A stretch of 64,000 nt of DNA from Puccinia triticina. Lineage: Eukaryota. The stretch lies in the NCBI GenBank assembly GCA_026914245.1, contig CP110440.1, forward strand, positions 1,860,001-1,924,000. Direction: 5' to 3'. Below the pieces are notes generated by a model. It had not been told where the DNA came from. It saw only the letters and a list, made by a program, of their open reading frames with translations, and did not search any database. Below are positions 39,201-52,573 of the stretch, in pieces (position 1 is the first letter of the stretch; the number at the start of each line of letters is the position of its first letter). The translations under genes and the position numbers were made by a program.

Positions 39201-42200
39201 AGCAGCTACAAAGTGATCAGTTACGAAATATCACTAATTTGGTAGTTTCTTGGTGTTTCTGCCACTTGATCTCAGCGCAGCGTGGGAGTCCTTCCATTAT
39301 ATTGGTACCAAAACGATCAAAGGCCCTCAAAGATTCATTGGGTACCTTGAATGACCACAAAACCCCCAAATGTAGCAGCCACAATGTGACACAAAACCCC
39401 CAAATGTAGCAGCCACAATGTGATCAGTTGACAAATATCACTCATTTGGTAGTTTCTTGGTGGTTTTCCACTATATCTCAGCGCAGCCTGGGAGTCCTTC
39501 CATTATATTGGTATCAAAATGATCAAATGGCCACAAAGTTTCATTGTGTAGCTTGAATGACCACAAAACCCCACATGTAGCAGCCACAATGTGATTGGTT
39601 GCCAAATATCACTAATTTGGTAGTTTGTTGGTGGTTTCGCCACTATATCTCAGCGCAGCATGGGAGTTCTTCCGTGATATTGGTACCAAAATGATTAATA
39701 ACCGCTGAAGATTCATTGTGTACCTTGGATGACCACAAAACCCCAGATGTAGTAGCCACAATGTGATCAGTTGCCAAATATCACTAATTTGGTAGTTTCT
39801 TGGTGTTTCTGCCACTATATCTCAGCGCAGCATGAGAGTTCTTCCATGATATTGGTACCAAGATGATCAAATGCCTCCAAAGATTCATTGTGTACCTTGA
39901 ATGACCACAAAACCCCCAAATGTAGCAGCGACAAAGTGATTGGTTGCCTAATATCACTAATTTGGTAGTTTGTTGGTGTTTCTGCCACTATATCTCCGCC
40001 CAGCATGGGAGTTCTTCCATGATATAGGTATATCAAAATGATCGCCTGCCCTAAAACATTCATTGATTACCTTGGATGACCACAAAACCCCCAAATCTAG
40101 CAGACACAATGTGATCAGTTGCCAAATATCACTACTTTGGTAGTTTCTTGATGTTTCTGCCACCATATCTCAGCACAGTGTGGGAGTTCTTCCATGATAT
40201 TGTTACCAAAATAATCAAATGCCCTCAAAAATTCATTGTGTACCTTGAATGACCACAAAACCCCCAAATGTAGCAGCTACAATGTGATTGGTTGCCAAAT
40301 ATCACTAATTTGGTAGTTTCTTGGTGGTTTTGCCACTATATCTCAGCGCAGCATGGGAGTTCTTGCATGATATTGGTACCAAAATGATTATTCACCCCTG
40401 AAGATTTATTGTGTACCTTGAATGACCACAAAACCCCCCAATGTAGCAGCTACAATGTGATTGGTTGCCAAATATCACTAATTTGGTAGTTTCTTGGTGT
40501 TTCTGCCACTATATCTCAGCGCAGCATTGGAGCTCTTCCATGATATTGGTACCAAAATGATCACATGCCCTCAAAGATTCATTCTGTACCTTGGATGACC
40601 ACAAAACCCCCAAATGTAGCAGCCACAATGTGATCAGTTGCCAAATATCACTAATTTGGTAGTTTCTTGGTGTTTCTGCCACTATATCTCAGGCCAGCAT
40701 GGGAGTTCTTCAATGATATTGGTACCAAAATGATCAAATGGCCCTGAAGATTCATTGCGTACCTTGGATGACCACAAAACCCCCAAATGTAGCAGCCACC
40801 ATGTGATCAGTTGCCAAATATCACTAAATTGGTAGTTTCTTGGTGTTTCTGCCACTATATCTCAGCGCAGCGTGGGAGTTCTTCCATGATATTGGTACCA
40901 AAATGATCACATGCCCCCTGAAGCTTCATCTTGTGCCTAGAATGACCACAAAACGCCCATATGTAGCAGCCACAAGGTGATCAGTTGCCAAATATCACTA
41001 ATTTGGTAGTTCTTTGGTGTTTCTGCCACTATATCTCAGCGTGGCATGAGAGTTCTTCCATGATAATAGTACCAAAATGATCACATGCCCTCAAACATCG
41101 ATTGAGTATCTTGGATGACCACAAAACCCCCAAATGTAGCAGCCACACTGTGATCAGTTGCCAAATATCACTAATTTGGTAGTTTCTTGGTGTTTCCGCC
41201 ACTATATCTCAGTGCAGCATGGGAGTTCTTCCATGATATTGGTACCAAAATGATCACATGTCCTCAAACATTGATTGAGTAGCTTGGATGACCACAAAAC
41301 CCCCAAATGTAGCAGCCACAATGTGATTGGTTGCCAAATATCACTAATTTGGTAGTTTGTTGGTGGTTTTGCCACTATATCTCGGCACAGCATGGGAGTT
41401 CTTCCGTGATATTGGCACCAAAATAATTAATCACCCCTGAAGATTCATTGTTTACCTTGGATGACCACAAAACCCCAGATGTAGCAGCCACAATGTGATC
41501 AGTTGCCAAATATCACTAATTTGGTAGTTTCTTGATGTTTCTGCCACCATATCTCAGCACAATGTGGGAGTTCATCCATGATATTGGTAGCAAAATGATA
41601 TTATGCCCTCAAAAATTCATTGGGTACCTTGGATGACCACAAAACCCCCAAATGTAGCAGCCACGATATGATCAGTTGACAAATATCATTAATTTGGTAG
41701 TTTCTTGGTGTTTCCGCCACTATATCTCAGCACAGCGTGGGAGTTCTTCCACAATATTGGTACCAAGATGATCAAATGCCCTCAAAGATTGATTGAGTAC
41801 CTTGAATGACCACAAAACCCCCAAGTGTAGCAGGCAAGATGTGATCAGTTGCCAAATATCACTAAGTTGGTAGTTTCTTGGTGTTTCTGCCACTATATCT
41901 CAGCACAGTGCGGGAGTTCTTCCATTATATTGGTAGCAAAATGATCTTATGCCCTCAAACATTCATTGGGTACCTTGAATGACCACAAAACCCCCAAATG
42001 TAGCAGCCACAATGTGATCAGTTGCCAAATATCACTAATTTGGTAGTTTCTTGATGTTTCTGCCACTATATCTCAGCACAGCTTGGGATTTATTCCTTCA
42101 TTGGTACCAAAATGATCACATGCCCTCAAACATTCATTGAGTACCTTGGATGACCACAAAACCCCCAAATGTAGCGGCCAGCATGTGATCAGTTGCCAAA

Positions 42201-43192
42201 TATCACTAATTTGGTAGTTCTTTGGTGTTTCTGCCACTATATCTCAGCGTAGCATGGGAGTTTTTCCATGATATTGGTACCGAAATGATCACATGCCCCT
42301 GACGATTCATTTTTTACCTAGAATGACCACAAAACCCCCATATCTAGCAGCCACAAGGTGATCAGTTGCCAAATATCACTAATTTGGTACTTCTTTGGTG
42401 TTTCTGCCACTATATCTCAGCGTAGCATGGGAGTTCTTCCATGATAATAGTACCAAAATGATCACATGCCCTCACATATTTATTGAGTACCTTGGATGAC
42501 CACAAAACCCCCAAATGTAACAGCCACAATGTGATCAGTCGACGAATATCACTAATTTGGTAGGCTCTTGATGTTTCTGCCACTATATCCCAGCACAGCG
42601 TGGGAGTTCTTCCATTATATTTGTACCAAAATGATCACATGCCCTCAAGGATTCATGGAGTACCTTGGATGACCACAAAACCCCCAAATGTAGCAGCCAC
42701 AATGTGATTGGTTGCCAAATATCACTAATTTGCTAGTTTCTTGGTGTTTCCGCCACTATATCTCAGCACAGTGTGGGAGTTCTCCCATGATATTGGTACC
42801 AAAATGATGAATCACCCCTGAAGATTCATTGTGGACCTTGGATGACCACAAAACCCCCAAATGTAGCAGCCACAATGTGATCAGTTGGCAAATGTTCTAA
42901 TTTGGTAGTTTCTTGGTGTTTCTGCCACTATATCTCAGCGCAGCATGGGAGTTCTTTCATGGAATTGGTACCAAAATGATCACATGCCCTCAAAAATCCA
43001 TTTGGTACCTTGGATGACCACAAAACCCCCGAATGTAGCAGCCACAATGTGATCAGTTGCCAAATATCACTAATTTGGTAGTTCCTTGGTGTTTCTGCCA
43101 CTATATCTCAGCGCAGAATGGGAATTCTTCCATGATATTGGTACCAAAATGATCAGATGGCCCTGAAGATTCATTGTGTACCTTTGATGACC
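36297..43192. repeat. 173-bp tandem satellite, ~40 units
   Basis: CACTAATTTGG recurs at 36507, 36680, 36853, 37026, 37199 and onward (period 173). Units are moderately diverged. Confidence 0.97.
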
Positions 43193-43359
43193 CAACACCC
43201 GCTGTCGAGACTCCACAGCTCAAAGTTACCTCAAAACCACTTCCCCCCAGCTATCACTTTGAATCCTCACGACTCATTTCTGGACCATCCGAGAGGGCAG
43301 TCTCACGACAGCTTTTCCCCTCCCAGCGCTGCCGCCGGCCTAGCACCGGACAGAGCTCT

Positions 43360-43781
43360 ATAGCTCCTGTGAAGGTAGGTATACTGGGAGTGTTGTAAAC
43401 TCTTTGGTGGTGATCCTGGGGTTATCTGGGGTGTGGTTCTGGTGTGCTGAAGTCTGTGTATCCGCCTCAGGCAAGGGGGATCCAGACTGCAAAAATTATC
43501 ACATTTTGCTTATGTAATTTACATATGTACATGTGGTTTGGCACGCCTGGTAGCGCTGACACGTCACAACTGCGCATGCGCGCCACAACTCAATAACTCA
43601 GGGAAGGATTGTAGTTACAAAGAATTGGTAAGTTGTAACTAGGGTTAAAAGTGCATGAGGAAACAGAATATGAAGACAAAAAAAGGTTATCTCACAAGAT
43701 GAAAAAGATATGAAGTAATTCATATGTAGAAAGTATAGAAAGGCAGACTTTAGGTCAGCTGAGTTGACTCTAAGGCTGACA
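43360..43781 (-). mobile_element. Partial LTR (TGTCAGCCTTAGAGTCA family)
   Basis: Inverted homolog of 47537-47955. Abuts the truncated gag of copia A. Confidence 0.75.
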
Positions 43782-43795
43782 AAGGAGCTGTTCAC

Positions 43796-44602
43796 TGTCA
43801 GATTTCAGGCCCGGGCCCAACCCGCCTGGGCACGAATTCGCCTCAGCTCAATCTGGCTCTGCCCAGCTCAAACTACAGTGTTGCTTTCACTCCTGGAATC
43901 ACCCAAGCCACTGAGCGTAAGTTTCCTTCCCTGCCTTTTTCCTTTGCAACCAAACCAGGGTGTTGCTTATAAAAACCAGCACTGATGAAGCAGTCGCAAA
44001 CTAACCCTTCTTGCATACCGTGTCATACAGACCACAAGCGCATGGACAAGGATTCTGCCCGGGCTAGTCGTGACAAAGCCACCGCAATACAGTTCCTGTT
44101 CACCTGGACTGGCCTCATGTAAACAGGACCAGATGCTTGGTACGTAGCAACAGTGATCTTGCCTGTCTGCTGCAAGAGGACCTTAAAAGGGACTGAATTG
44201 TCCCCCCTTTTTCATTCTCCTCAGTCGTTCCCAGATCCAGTTTTTCCCTGCTCATCCACTCGACTCACAACCACTTGCCTCCCGCTCATCATCCGTTCTC
44301 ACATCACACATCAGCATTGTATTTCCCTTGCCTTTATCATCAGTGGTAGCGCGACGACCTCGTTCCGCGCCATTGCCATTCTCTGCCTTCATTCTTCTTT
44401 CCAGCTTCATAGCCTTTTATTTCTTCTTCACTTCCTTCCGCTTTCATACACTTTTTGTTTTATATAAACAACACTTGTAGCTGCTGCCTTACCACTGCCC
44501 TTAAGGTACTTAGTGTTCTATTCAAATGTTTCTCTTTTTTTCTCATGATGTTCACCATGAGCTGACTCTAAGAAATCTACCTTAAGTCTTGCTATTTTCA
44601 CA
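43796..44602 (+). mobile_element. Solo LTR (807 bp) in copia A gag
   Basis: TGTCAGA...TCACA. Perfect TSD TTCAC. Removal restores KELFTLLKEKC. Confidence 0.9.
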
Positions 44603-44841
44603 TTCACTCTCCTGAAAGAAAAATGCAAGAAGTATGGTCGACGACACAAGATTATGCTAATCGAGAAACTGTTGAAATTTGTGTCCGTAAGGTATCCTGC
44701 GAGTGAATCTTGGCTCGCTTGATTTTGTACGCTGATTGCTGAAGTTGAAAAAGCGAAAATCACTGGAAACAAACTTGGTGGTCTCATGCTACAATCCCTT
44801 GCGCGAGCCCCTTTGGGTGCCGATTCAAAGAACTTTGAATA

Positions 44842-45607
44842 TGTGAGAATTGGTAGACTTAAAGGTTTTATTTCACATTGAGTCAGGATACAAGTGTTAC
44901 ATGGTTTCTGATGGAGAAAGAAAAAGAAAAAAGGTTGTGTACCTTAAAGGGCAGGGTACAATTTAATATGGAGGAAATGTAGAGAGTATGGAGAAGAGTA
45001 GTACAAAAAGAGTTTATACGGAAAAAGGGGATGGCTAAAATACGGTGCGAGGTCGTCGCATGATAGCTGATGATAACAGTTGAAGAGAGATGCGATTCAG
45101 GAGAGCGGCGAGTTCTGTGGGAGCAGTTGAGGAGATGTTTTTGGGATGAGTGAGCAGGAGCAGGAAGGAAAAGTGAAGAAAGCGAGTCGGATGGCCTAGA
45201 AGCGATGAAGATGGTCAGCTTTTTATGTCCGTTCTGCAACATGCAGGTAGAACGTCTGCTTGGTAACGTACAAGCTGAGGGTCTGTTTACCGGTCAATTA
45301 CATGAGTCCGGTCCAGACAAAAGAAGGGAGCGCCACGGCTGGTAGGGCACAACCAGTTGGGGCGGGGTCTTCGTCCATGCTTTCATCGTCTGTACAAGAC
45401 GGTAGGCAAGGGTGTTAGTTCTAACTGTTGCTTGTCTTCAGAACCGGTTCAGGCATTGGTCTGGTTGATTGGAGAGTCACGTGAGAACTTACTGTTTGTG
45501 GTGTGGCTGGTAGTCGCTTCAGGTTTGTCGGTCATGGCTGGCATGGTCAAGGAGGTTGGCGCCAAGTCAAGGCTTTTGTTCGGGGAACCCAATCCCGAAC
45601 TCTGACA
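44842..45607 (-). mobile_element. Solo LTR (766 bp) in copia A gag
   Basis: TGTGAGA...TCTGACA. Perfect TSD GAATA. Removal restores KNFEYAISQPL. Related to 43796-44602, opposite orientation. Confidence 0.9.
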
Positions 45608-46129
45608 GAATACGCCATCAGTCAACCTCTCAACGACATGACAGAGGTCCCAACTGTTGGCGAGGTCACCACCATTATTCAATCAGCGCTCAGCAAATCT
45701 GGAGCAACCTCTCTTGCTCCAGGATCGATCCCTTCCGATGTCGAAATGTCCGTTCAAGCTGTTTGCCATGTGCCTCGTGGTAAATACACTCCCCCTCAGC
45801 GTCGACACGAGGACTCTAATCCTCAAGCCCAAACCACCAATCAGTCTGGAAAGTTCTCAATAGAGAAAGCCACCTTCTACCAAGGCAAGAGCCCCCCGGA
45901 GTCTGTGAAGGCCAAATTTGGATACGCTTGTCTCTACTGCAGAGAGATCAGACACTGGTATGCGGATTGCTCAGTGTTTTGGCACAATGTTTGTCACGGG
46001 TTGATCCAGATCCCCCCGGAAAATCACGCCAACCCGGACTCCAAATACATACCACCACCTTGACCGAACTCATCAACTCAATCTAACGGCCGACTCCGCA
46101 AGATTGATGTTCCTGAAGCAAATGAAGGG

Positions 46130-47536
46130 ACAGTTTGACTCGACTCAGGATCCACCATCAACGTGAGTGGGGATTCCACCTTTTTCAAAGTCCCAGCTCA
46201 GTAAGCCGTTGCTTATCTTGCTTGCTGTGTCAAAATACGTTGAAACAATCAATGCGGTTGGCAGCCTGAAGATACCAACTCCTACAAGAGTGATGGTGAT
46301 TGAAGACGTGTACTACTGCCCCGGGGTCACCGGATTGATTCTCTTTACTGGCCGATTACTTGCGCCTGGCTGGAAGCTTCAACACGAGGGTACTACAGCA
46401 AGACTCACCAACACATCAGGGACTGTTTTTCATCTTGATTTCATGAATTATTGTTGGACTGTCATCACTAGCAAGAATAATAATGAAATGATAAAAAAAG
46501 TTTCTCAACAACCCTCCTATGATCCTTACCTGTGGCATTGTCGTCTTGGACATGTGTCAGAGAATGTAGTCCGTGAATTTCTTAAAGTTCATCAACCCAA
46601 CATCAAGTTGCGAGCAGCGCCTTTCTTCTGTGAGCAATGTGCAAAGTCTAAGGTGTTGGATTCAAAGTCCAGAGGTGTTCAATCTGACATTCCTTGTGAC
46701 AAACCCCTGGACCTAGTCATGACCAATATTGCGGCCCCCTTCACCATGGATATCAATGGCTGTCGCTATCTCTTGATCATGAGGGATCATGCCAGTACAT
46801 ACACGTTCTGTGCAATACTAGCAAGCCAAACTGAAGTTCCAGACAAAATTATGGCATGGGTACGCCACCTTCGGAATGTATGTGGGAAAACACCATCCTA
46901 TCTTTGTTGTGACAACACTGGGGAATTTGTTAACGATTTGAGGGACCACCTTGAACGCTTTGGAACCACATTAGCTGCAGTATCCCCTTACCATCCACAA
47001 CAAAATGGTGAAGCAGAGAGATTCAACAGGACTGTTGGAGACATGGCAAAGACAATGCTGCACAGAAGCGCATTGCCAAAAATCTACTGGAGTTTTGCAT
47101 ATATGACAGCAGCCTACATCCTGAATAGGATCCCAAACACACGTGTCAAAACATCGCCACTGGAGGTCCTGTTCAAGACAAAAGCAAACCCTGACGTCCT
47201 ATATCCTTTTGGAGCAAGAGCGATCATTAAAATTCCCAAAGAACATCGGACTAAGCTGGATGAACGCGGTCACAAGTGCCTCATGCTTGGCTACCCTAAA
47301 GCTGGATCTGGGTGGCTATTCTACTTGCCTACAGATCGTAGGATAATTCACTCAACATCAGCTATCTTCCCGGATTTTCAGAAACTAGAGGTCAAGCCTG
47401 TGCCAAGGAAAACCAACATTGACTTCATAGTAAGCCAAATACAACTAGTACTTGGCAAAGAACCAAAAAAGGAACTCACAGCAAACAAACAAAGAGCCAT
47501 TGCCGAGCTGCCAATTGGTCCTGAGTTCAACATCCC
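46130..47536 (+). pseudogene. Copia A protease / GAG-pre-integrase / integrase
   Basis: LDSGSTINV, LWHCRLGH..CEQC, LDLVMTNI, CDNTGEF, QQNGEAERFNRT, KLDERG..C..LGY. Confidence 0.92.
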
Positions 47537-49913
47537 TGTCAGCCTTAGAGTCATCACAGCTGACCTAAAAGCTGCCTGTTCTACCTTTGTTACATATAAA
47601 TTACTTTATATCCTTTTCATCTTAAGAGATAACCTTGTTTTGACTTCATATTCTGTTTCCTCACGTAATTTTAACCCTAGTTACAACTTACCAACTCTTT
47701 TTAACTATACTCCTTCCCTGAGTTATTGAGTTGTGGCGCGCATGCGCAGTTGTGACGTGTCAGCGCTACCAGGCGCGCCAAACCACATGTACATATGTAA
47801 ATTACATAAGCAAACTGTGATAATTTTTGCAGTCAGGATCCCCCTTGCCTGAGGCGGATCCACAGACTTCAGCACACCAGAACCACCACCCAGATAACCC
47901 CAGGATCACCACCAAAGAGCTTACAACACTCCCAGTATACCTACCGTCACAGGCGCCTAGGATATTGACAGTAAGTAACCTCTTTCACTGAACCTTGTTT
48001 ATCTCGGAGGTACAACTCTGTGTCTTGCTTGATCTGCTCTTTCTTCTGGTTTTGTCTTCTTCTTTATCATAGGGCTGTCCCTCCAAATCTACTGGCCTTT
48101 GCCTCACTCTTGATCACAGGGCTGTCCCTTATGATCATCTGGCCTTTGCCCCAAATCTAGGTTACAGGGCTGTCCCTCAGGTTTCCCTTTAAGAACCTTG
48201 ACTATCCAGAAGGAAGCTAAAGAATTGTGGCTGGATTAAACCCTCCTGAGAGGAAGCTGTAGCACTTCTTATCACAGATTAGCAGCACTCTTCTGAAGAG
48301 TAGCATTGCCAGTGGACGTGCATTCCCACTCGAATAACCTAGTACTTCTCTTTATCCTGTTCCTGCTCAGTTTCTCTCTCTCTTTCTCTTTTTCTCTTAT
48401 AGTTGTATTTTCTTTATCCCAATGTCAGCCTCCGTGATGCCAAGGACTACTCCTTCTAGCTACACGTGGTGCAAAACAAGTATAAAAGAGTATAAAACTC
48501 TGGGACAAAAATCCAAGGGATAATTCCAATGATATATTGGTAATTATGGCGTAAAATATATGAAAAAATGGCGTAATTATATTAATAAAATTAATATAAT
48601 TAAATAAAGAGGGGCCTGATAAAATCAGGGGTGTTTAATCCCTCAAAAGCAAACACTGGGGCCTGTAAACAAGTGTGGTTTAAATCCCAGCAAGGAATGG
48701 CGAATAATCTCAAGAGAAAGGGGTTTGAACTTACTAGTAAAAAGCCCTTAAAGTCTTGAGGTTCTTCAGGGTAGAAACTGGGCAGTTGAAAGCGCTTGAA
48801 GAGGTTGATTCTGAAGGCTTGGTGGACACTGGGCAGTTTCTGGCGACAAAATGAGGCTAAAAACAACTACTAAGGGACTTACCAGGCTAGAAACAGGCTA
48901 TTGAGCACGTGTTGAAGGCGGGTAAATTCAAGTAGGTATGTAAAAGCGTGAGGAAAGGGCTTTTTGGGCGGACAGAGGGCTCTTTAAATACCTTTTGCAG
49001 CCCTCTGGGGCGCCCAGGGGAGCCTCAGGGGCACTGGCCAACTTGTGGGCGCCTGCAAACAGGTTTTTTGCCGTGTTGATGGCGCCATAGAGGCTTGAAA
49101 CCCTTTGGGAGTGTGCCAAGGGAGACTAAATCAGTATCTTGATACCCAGTTCAACCTTGCTACATGTGTGGTACAGAAGGGGCTGAGACGTGTGGCCATT
49201 TGTCCCAGAATGGGCCACAGTATTTCCCAATCTAGTGTACTGTGCATGTACTAGTCCTTCTGCTGTGTCAGGAATATTCTGTTTACATCCATGTGACATC
49301 ATTACATAAGTACAGATTATGTAATGTGTGTAGTGTTTCACGTGGCGGTGGAAGGGCAGACTTGATGTCATTACTTCCCTGGTGGGCGTGCTGTAATGTA
49401 CAGGTAGCCCTTTTGGGGTTTCATTCATTTTTGGAGCTCTGTGCCGTCTTTGGGCCAAGTGCGCAGCACGCGGGTTTAGTTTTAACTCAACTTAAGTTGG
49501 GCTATCTTCTAAAATAAAAATAACACTTCAGTTTCATGGTTATTGAAGTGTTATAAGCATATGTAAATATGTATATAAGCATACAGGTGCATTCACACGG
49601 GACGTGGTGCACCTGTTAAACTTTGAAGTCAATTTACACAAGGAAAGAATAACAATTAAGGGTACCTTGAAGTGAGGTACCCTAGGTTGAATTAGGCTTA
49701 GATTAAGAATATGGAATAATATTCCGGGTTTTATATGTGTAAGTATAAGTAATGGTAGTAATAATGTCTCTTTCTTATGTAATGATATTTCATGTTTGCT
49801 TTTGATATTATGTCACGGTGGCTCTGACATAGTAGCCAGCTGACACCCAAGAAATCCAACTATTGCCCCCCATTACTTGTGTCCTGCTGTCACTATAGAG
49901 ACTCAGGCTCACA
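47537..49913 (+). mobile_element. Solo LTR (~950 bp net) between integrase and RT, itself interrupted
   Basis: TGTCAGCC...GGCTCACA. TSD ATCCC/ATTCC. Removal restores EFNIPKNIKVAL. Confidence 0.85.
48423..49845. mobile_element. Solo LTR (1423 bp) nested in a solo LTR
   Basis: TGTCAGC...AGTAGCCAGCTGACA. Perfect TSD CCCAA. Confidence 0.9.
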
Positions 49914-52560
49914 ATTCCCAAGAACATCAAAGTGGCCCTGTCTGGTCCGGATAGTGCTGAATGGCGAGTGGCTGCTGAGTACAAGATCAACAAATTTATG
50001 AGCCTCGAAGTCTGGGAGCCAGTCAACCCATACAACGGAATCAAGGTCCTAGGTGCACGCTGGGTTTTCACAATCAAACGACTCCCAGATGGCTCAATAG
50101 ACAAATTTTGAGCTCGCTACGTTGCAAAAGGATTTAATCAAACCCCGGGGAAAGACTGCAACAAAACATATCCTCCCACTGCCTCTCTCAACACCTTCCG
50201 ACTACTGATATCCATTGCTCGCAAGCACAACTACCCCACAGCAACCTTTGACATCAGCAGCGCATACCTATATAGTCCCATAGAAGAGGAAGTTTATGTA
50301 CAACCTCCCATAGAACTCTTCCCACAATGGAAAGGAAAAGTCATGCGTCTTAAAAAAGCTATGTACGGGACTCGCCAGGCTACACCGTGTTGGTGGTTGT
50401 TTTTCAAAGGAAAAATGGAGAATATTGGTTTTGTTGCCAGTGAACTAGAACCATCACCAGGAAAAAAAAATAGTCACTTGATGGCAAGTGACATGATGCA
50501 GCTTTGATTTCTGCTCCAGAGCTACTCCAGCGCTGCTCCAAGTCTGCTCCACCAGCACTTGTAGAGCTTGCAGGACTGCACCAGAGCACTCAATGTGGCA
50601 CAGTCAGCTGATCCTAATTTTTTCCCAGGAACAGCTGAGCAGTAGGCATTGACTGAGCCTGGGCCAAAGCTGAGCATTGGCTGAGCCTGGGCCACAGCCG
50701 AGAATTGGATATTCCAAGCCTGAAACAAATCCAAGTGTCAGCTGGACCAAGAATATTCCAAATCTGAGCATCAGCTTAGCCAACAATGGTCCAAAGCTGA
50801 GAATTGGCTGAGCCAAGGCTGTTCTAAAGCTGAGTATCAGATGTTTTGAGACTATTCAAAAGATTAATATCACCTGAGCCAAGGCTGTTCCACAGCTGAG
50901 CATCAGCTGAGCCAAGGCTGGTCCACAGATGAGCATCAGCTGAGCCAAGGCTGGTCCACAGCTGAGCATCAGCTGAGCCAAGGCTGGTCCACAGCTGAGC
51001 ATCAGCTGAGCATCAGCTGAGCCAAGGCTGCTCCACAGCTGAGCATTGTCTTAGCCAAGGTTGGTCCACAGCTGAGCATCAGCTGAGCCAAGGCTGGTCC
51101 ACAGATGAACATAAGCTGTTACAGGAGTGGTCAGACTCAGAATCTGAGCATTGGCTGGGCCAAGATTTAACCAAAGCTGAAAATCAGCTGAGCCAATACT
51201 GGTCCAAAGCTGAGCATTGGCTGGGCCAATGATAGTCCTAATCTGAGTCTAAGCTGAGCCATGACTGGAATAAAGCTGAAAATAAGCTGGGCCAGGACTG
51301 GTTCTTATCTGGGCAACAAAGCTGAGCATGAGCTGGGCACCAAAGCTGAGCATAAGCTGGGAGCTAAAGCTGAGTATCAGCTGACCAGAAATGGGGATCA
51401 GTGGTGCCCAGCAAAAACTGAGGATCTCCTGTGGAAATTCTTAAACTGGTTACATGGTGGGTAGATGGTGGGTAGATGATGGGTAGATGGTGGGTAGATG
51501 GTGGGTAGCCCGCTGGAGCTGGCATGATGTCACTTGTCATCAAGTGACTATTTTTTTTTCCTGGTGCATCCCTCTTCATCTGTTGGAAAGGCTCAAATTT
51601 TGTAGTCATCTGGCTTCATGTGGACAACGGTTTTGCAATGGCGTCTTTAGACTCGGTTTTGGAAGAATTACATTCAGCAATGGCAACGGAGATGGAAGTG
51701 AAGTGGTCACTGAGGGTTGAGAAGATTGAGGGAATCAACTTGAGTGAAGATAATTGAAACATATATTTGAACCAACATTTCATGATCAATCAAATCTTGG
51801 ATGGCTACAAGAGGCCCTACTTTCCTAGACGTAGCACACTCCCGGAAACCAACCTTGTCATCAACAATGGGGAATTGTAAGACGCTACCGAGTATAGATC
51901 AACACTTGGTTTGCTGATGTATTTGTGCGCAGGTACCAGGCCTGATTTGTTGTACTCCATGAATCTACTAGCACGCTACAGCAACAATCCATCTTTGAAG
52001 CACTGGGAGGTGTTGGATATTCTGATTGGTTATCTAAGAAGGACACGGGATCTGACTCTGGAATTCAGCGACGGAGGGAACAACCTGCAACTGTGGTTGG
52101 ATGCCAACTGGGGCGGGGAACATGAGCGCTCAACATCAGGATACATCATACAACACAACGGTAACTCAGTGGTTTGGGGGGCAAGACAACAAACTGTGGT
52201 GGCTCTATCAACTTGTGTGGCTGAATACGTAGCACTTTCAGATGGCGCTCAACAAATTGCTCAGATGAACGACCTCCTGATTGACATGAACCATACAGTT
52301 CCAATGGAAATTTACTGCAATAATGATACTGCAATACTCATTTCCGGGGATAACACGTCAAAGAATTAAGAAGACAAGATATCTGACACACACCTTTTAT
52401 TTCATTAATGATTTCATCCAACACTATGGCATCAAGATACATTGCACAAGCACTCAAAATCAAGTAGCAGACATATTCACCAAGAGGCTTGGCCCAAACC
52501 TGATTGAGAAGGCACTCAGCAAGCTCAACCTCAAGACATCAAACACTGTCAAGCTCACAA
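49914..52560 (+). pseudogene. Copia A reverse transcriptase / RNase H (degenerate, interrupted)
   Basis: RWVFTIK, KF*ARYVAKGF, FDISSAYL, LKKAMYGTRQA, GTRPDL, DANWGGE, EYVAL, VADIFTKRL. Confidence 0.92.
50455..51566. mobile_element. Non-autonomous CACTA/CMC-like TIR element (CACCAGG termini)
   Basis: Same TIR as 706-1611. 3-bp TSD CAT. Internal ~33-bp CAGCTGAGCATCAGCTGAGCCAAGGCTGGTCCA repeats. Removal restores ELEPSLFI. Confidence 0.92.
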
Positions 52561-52573
52561 ACGCAGGAGGGAG

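Noticed and set aside
36297..43192. CRISPR-like array or repeat-protein gene
   Set aside because: Units are contiguous homologous monomers with no unique spacers. 173 is not a multiple of 3 and the ORFs are short and stop-riddled. No cas genes; eukaryotic context.
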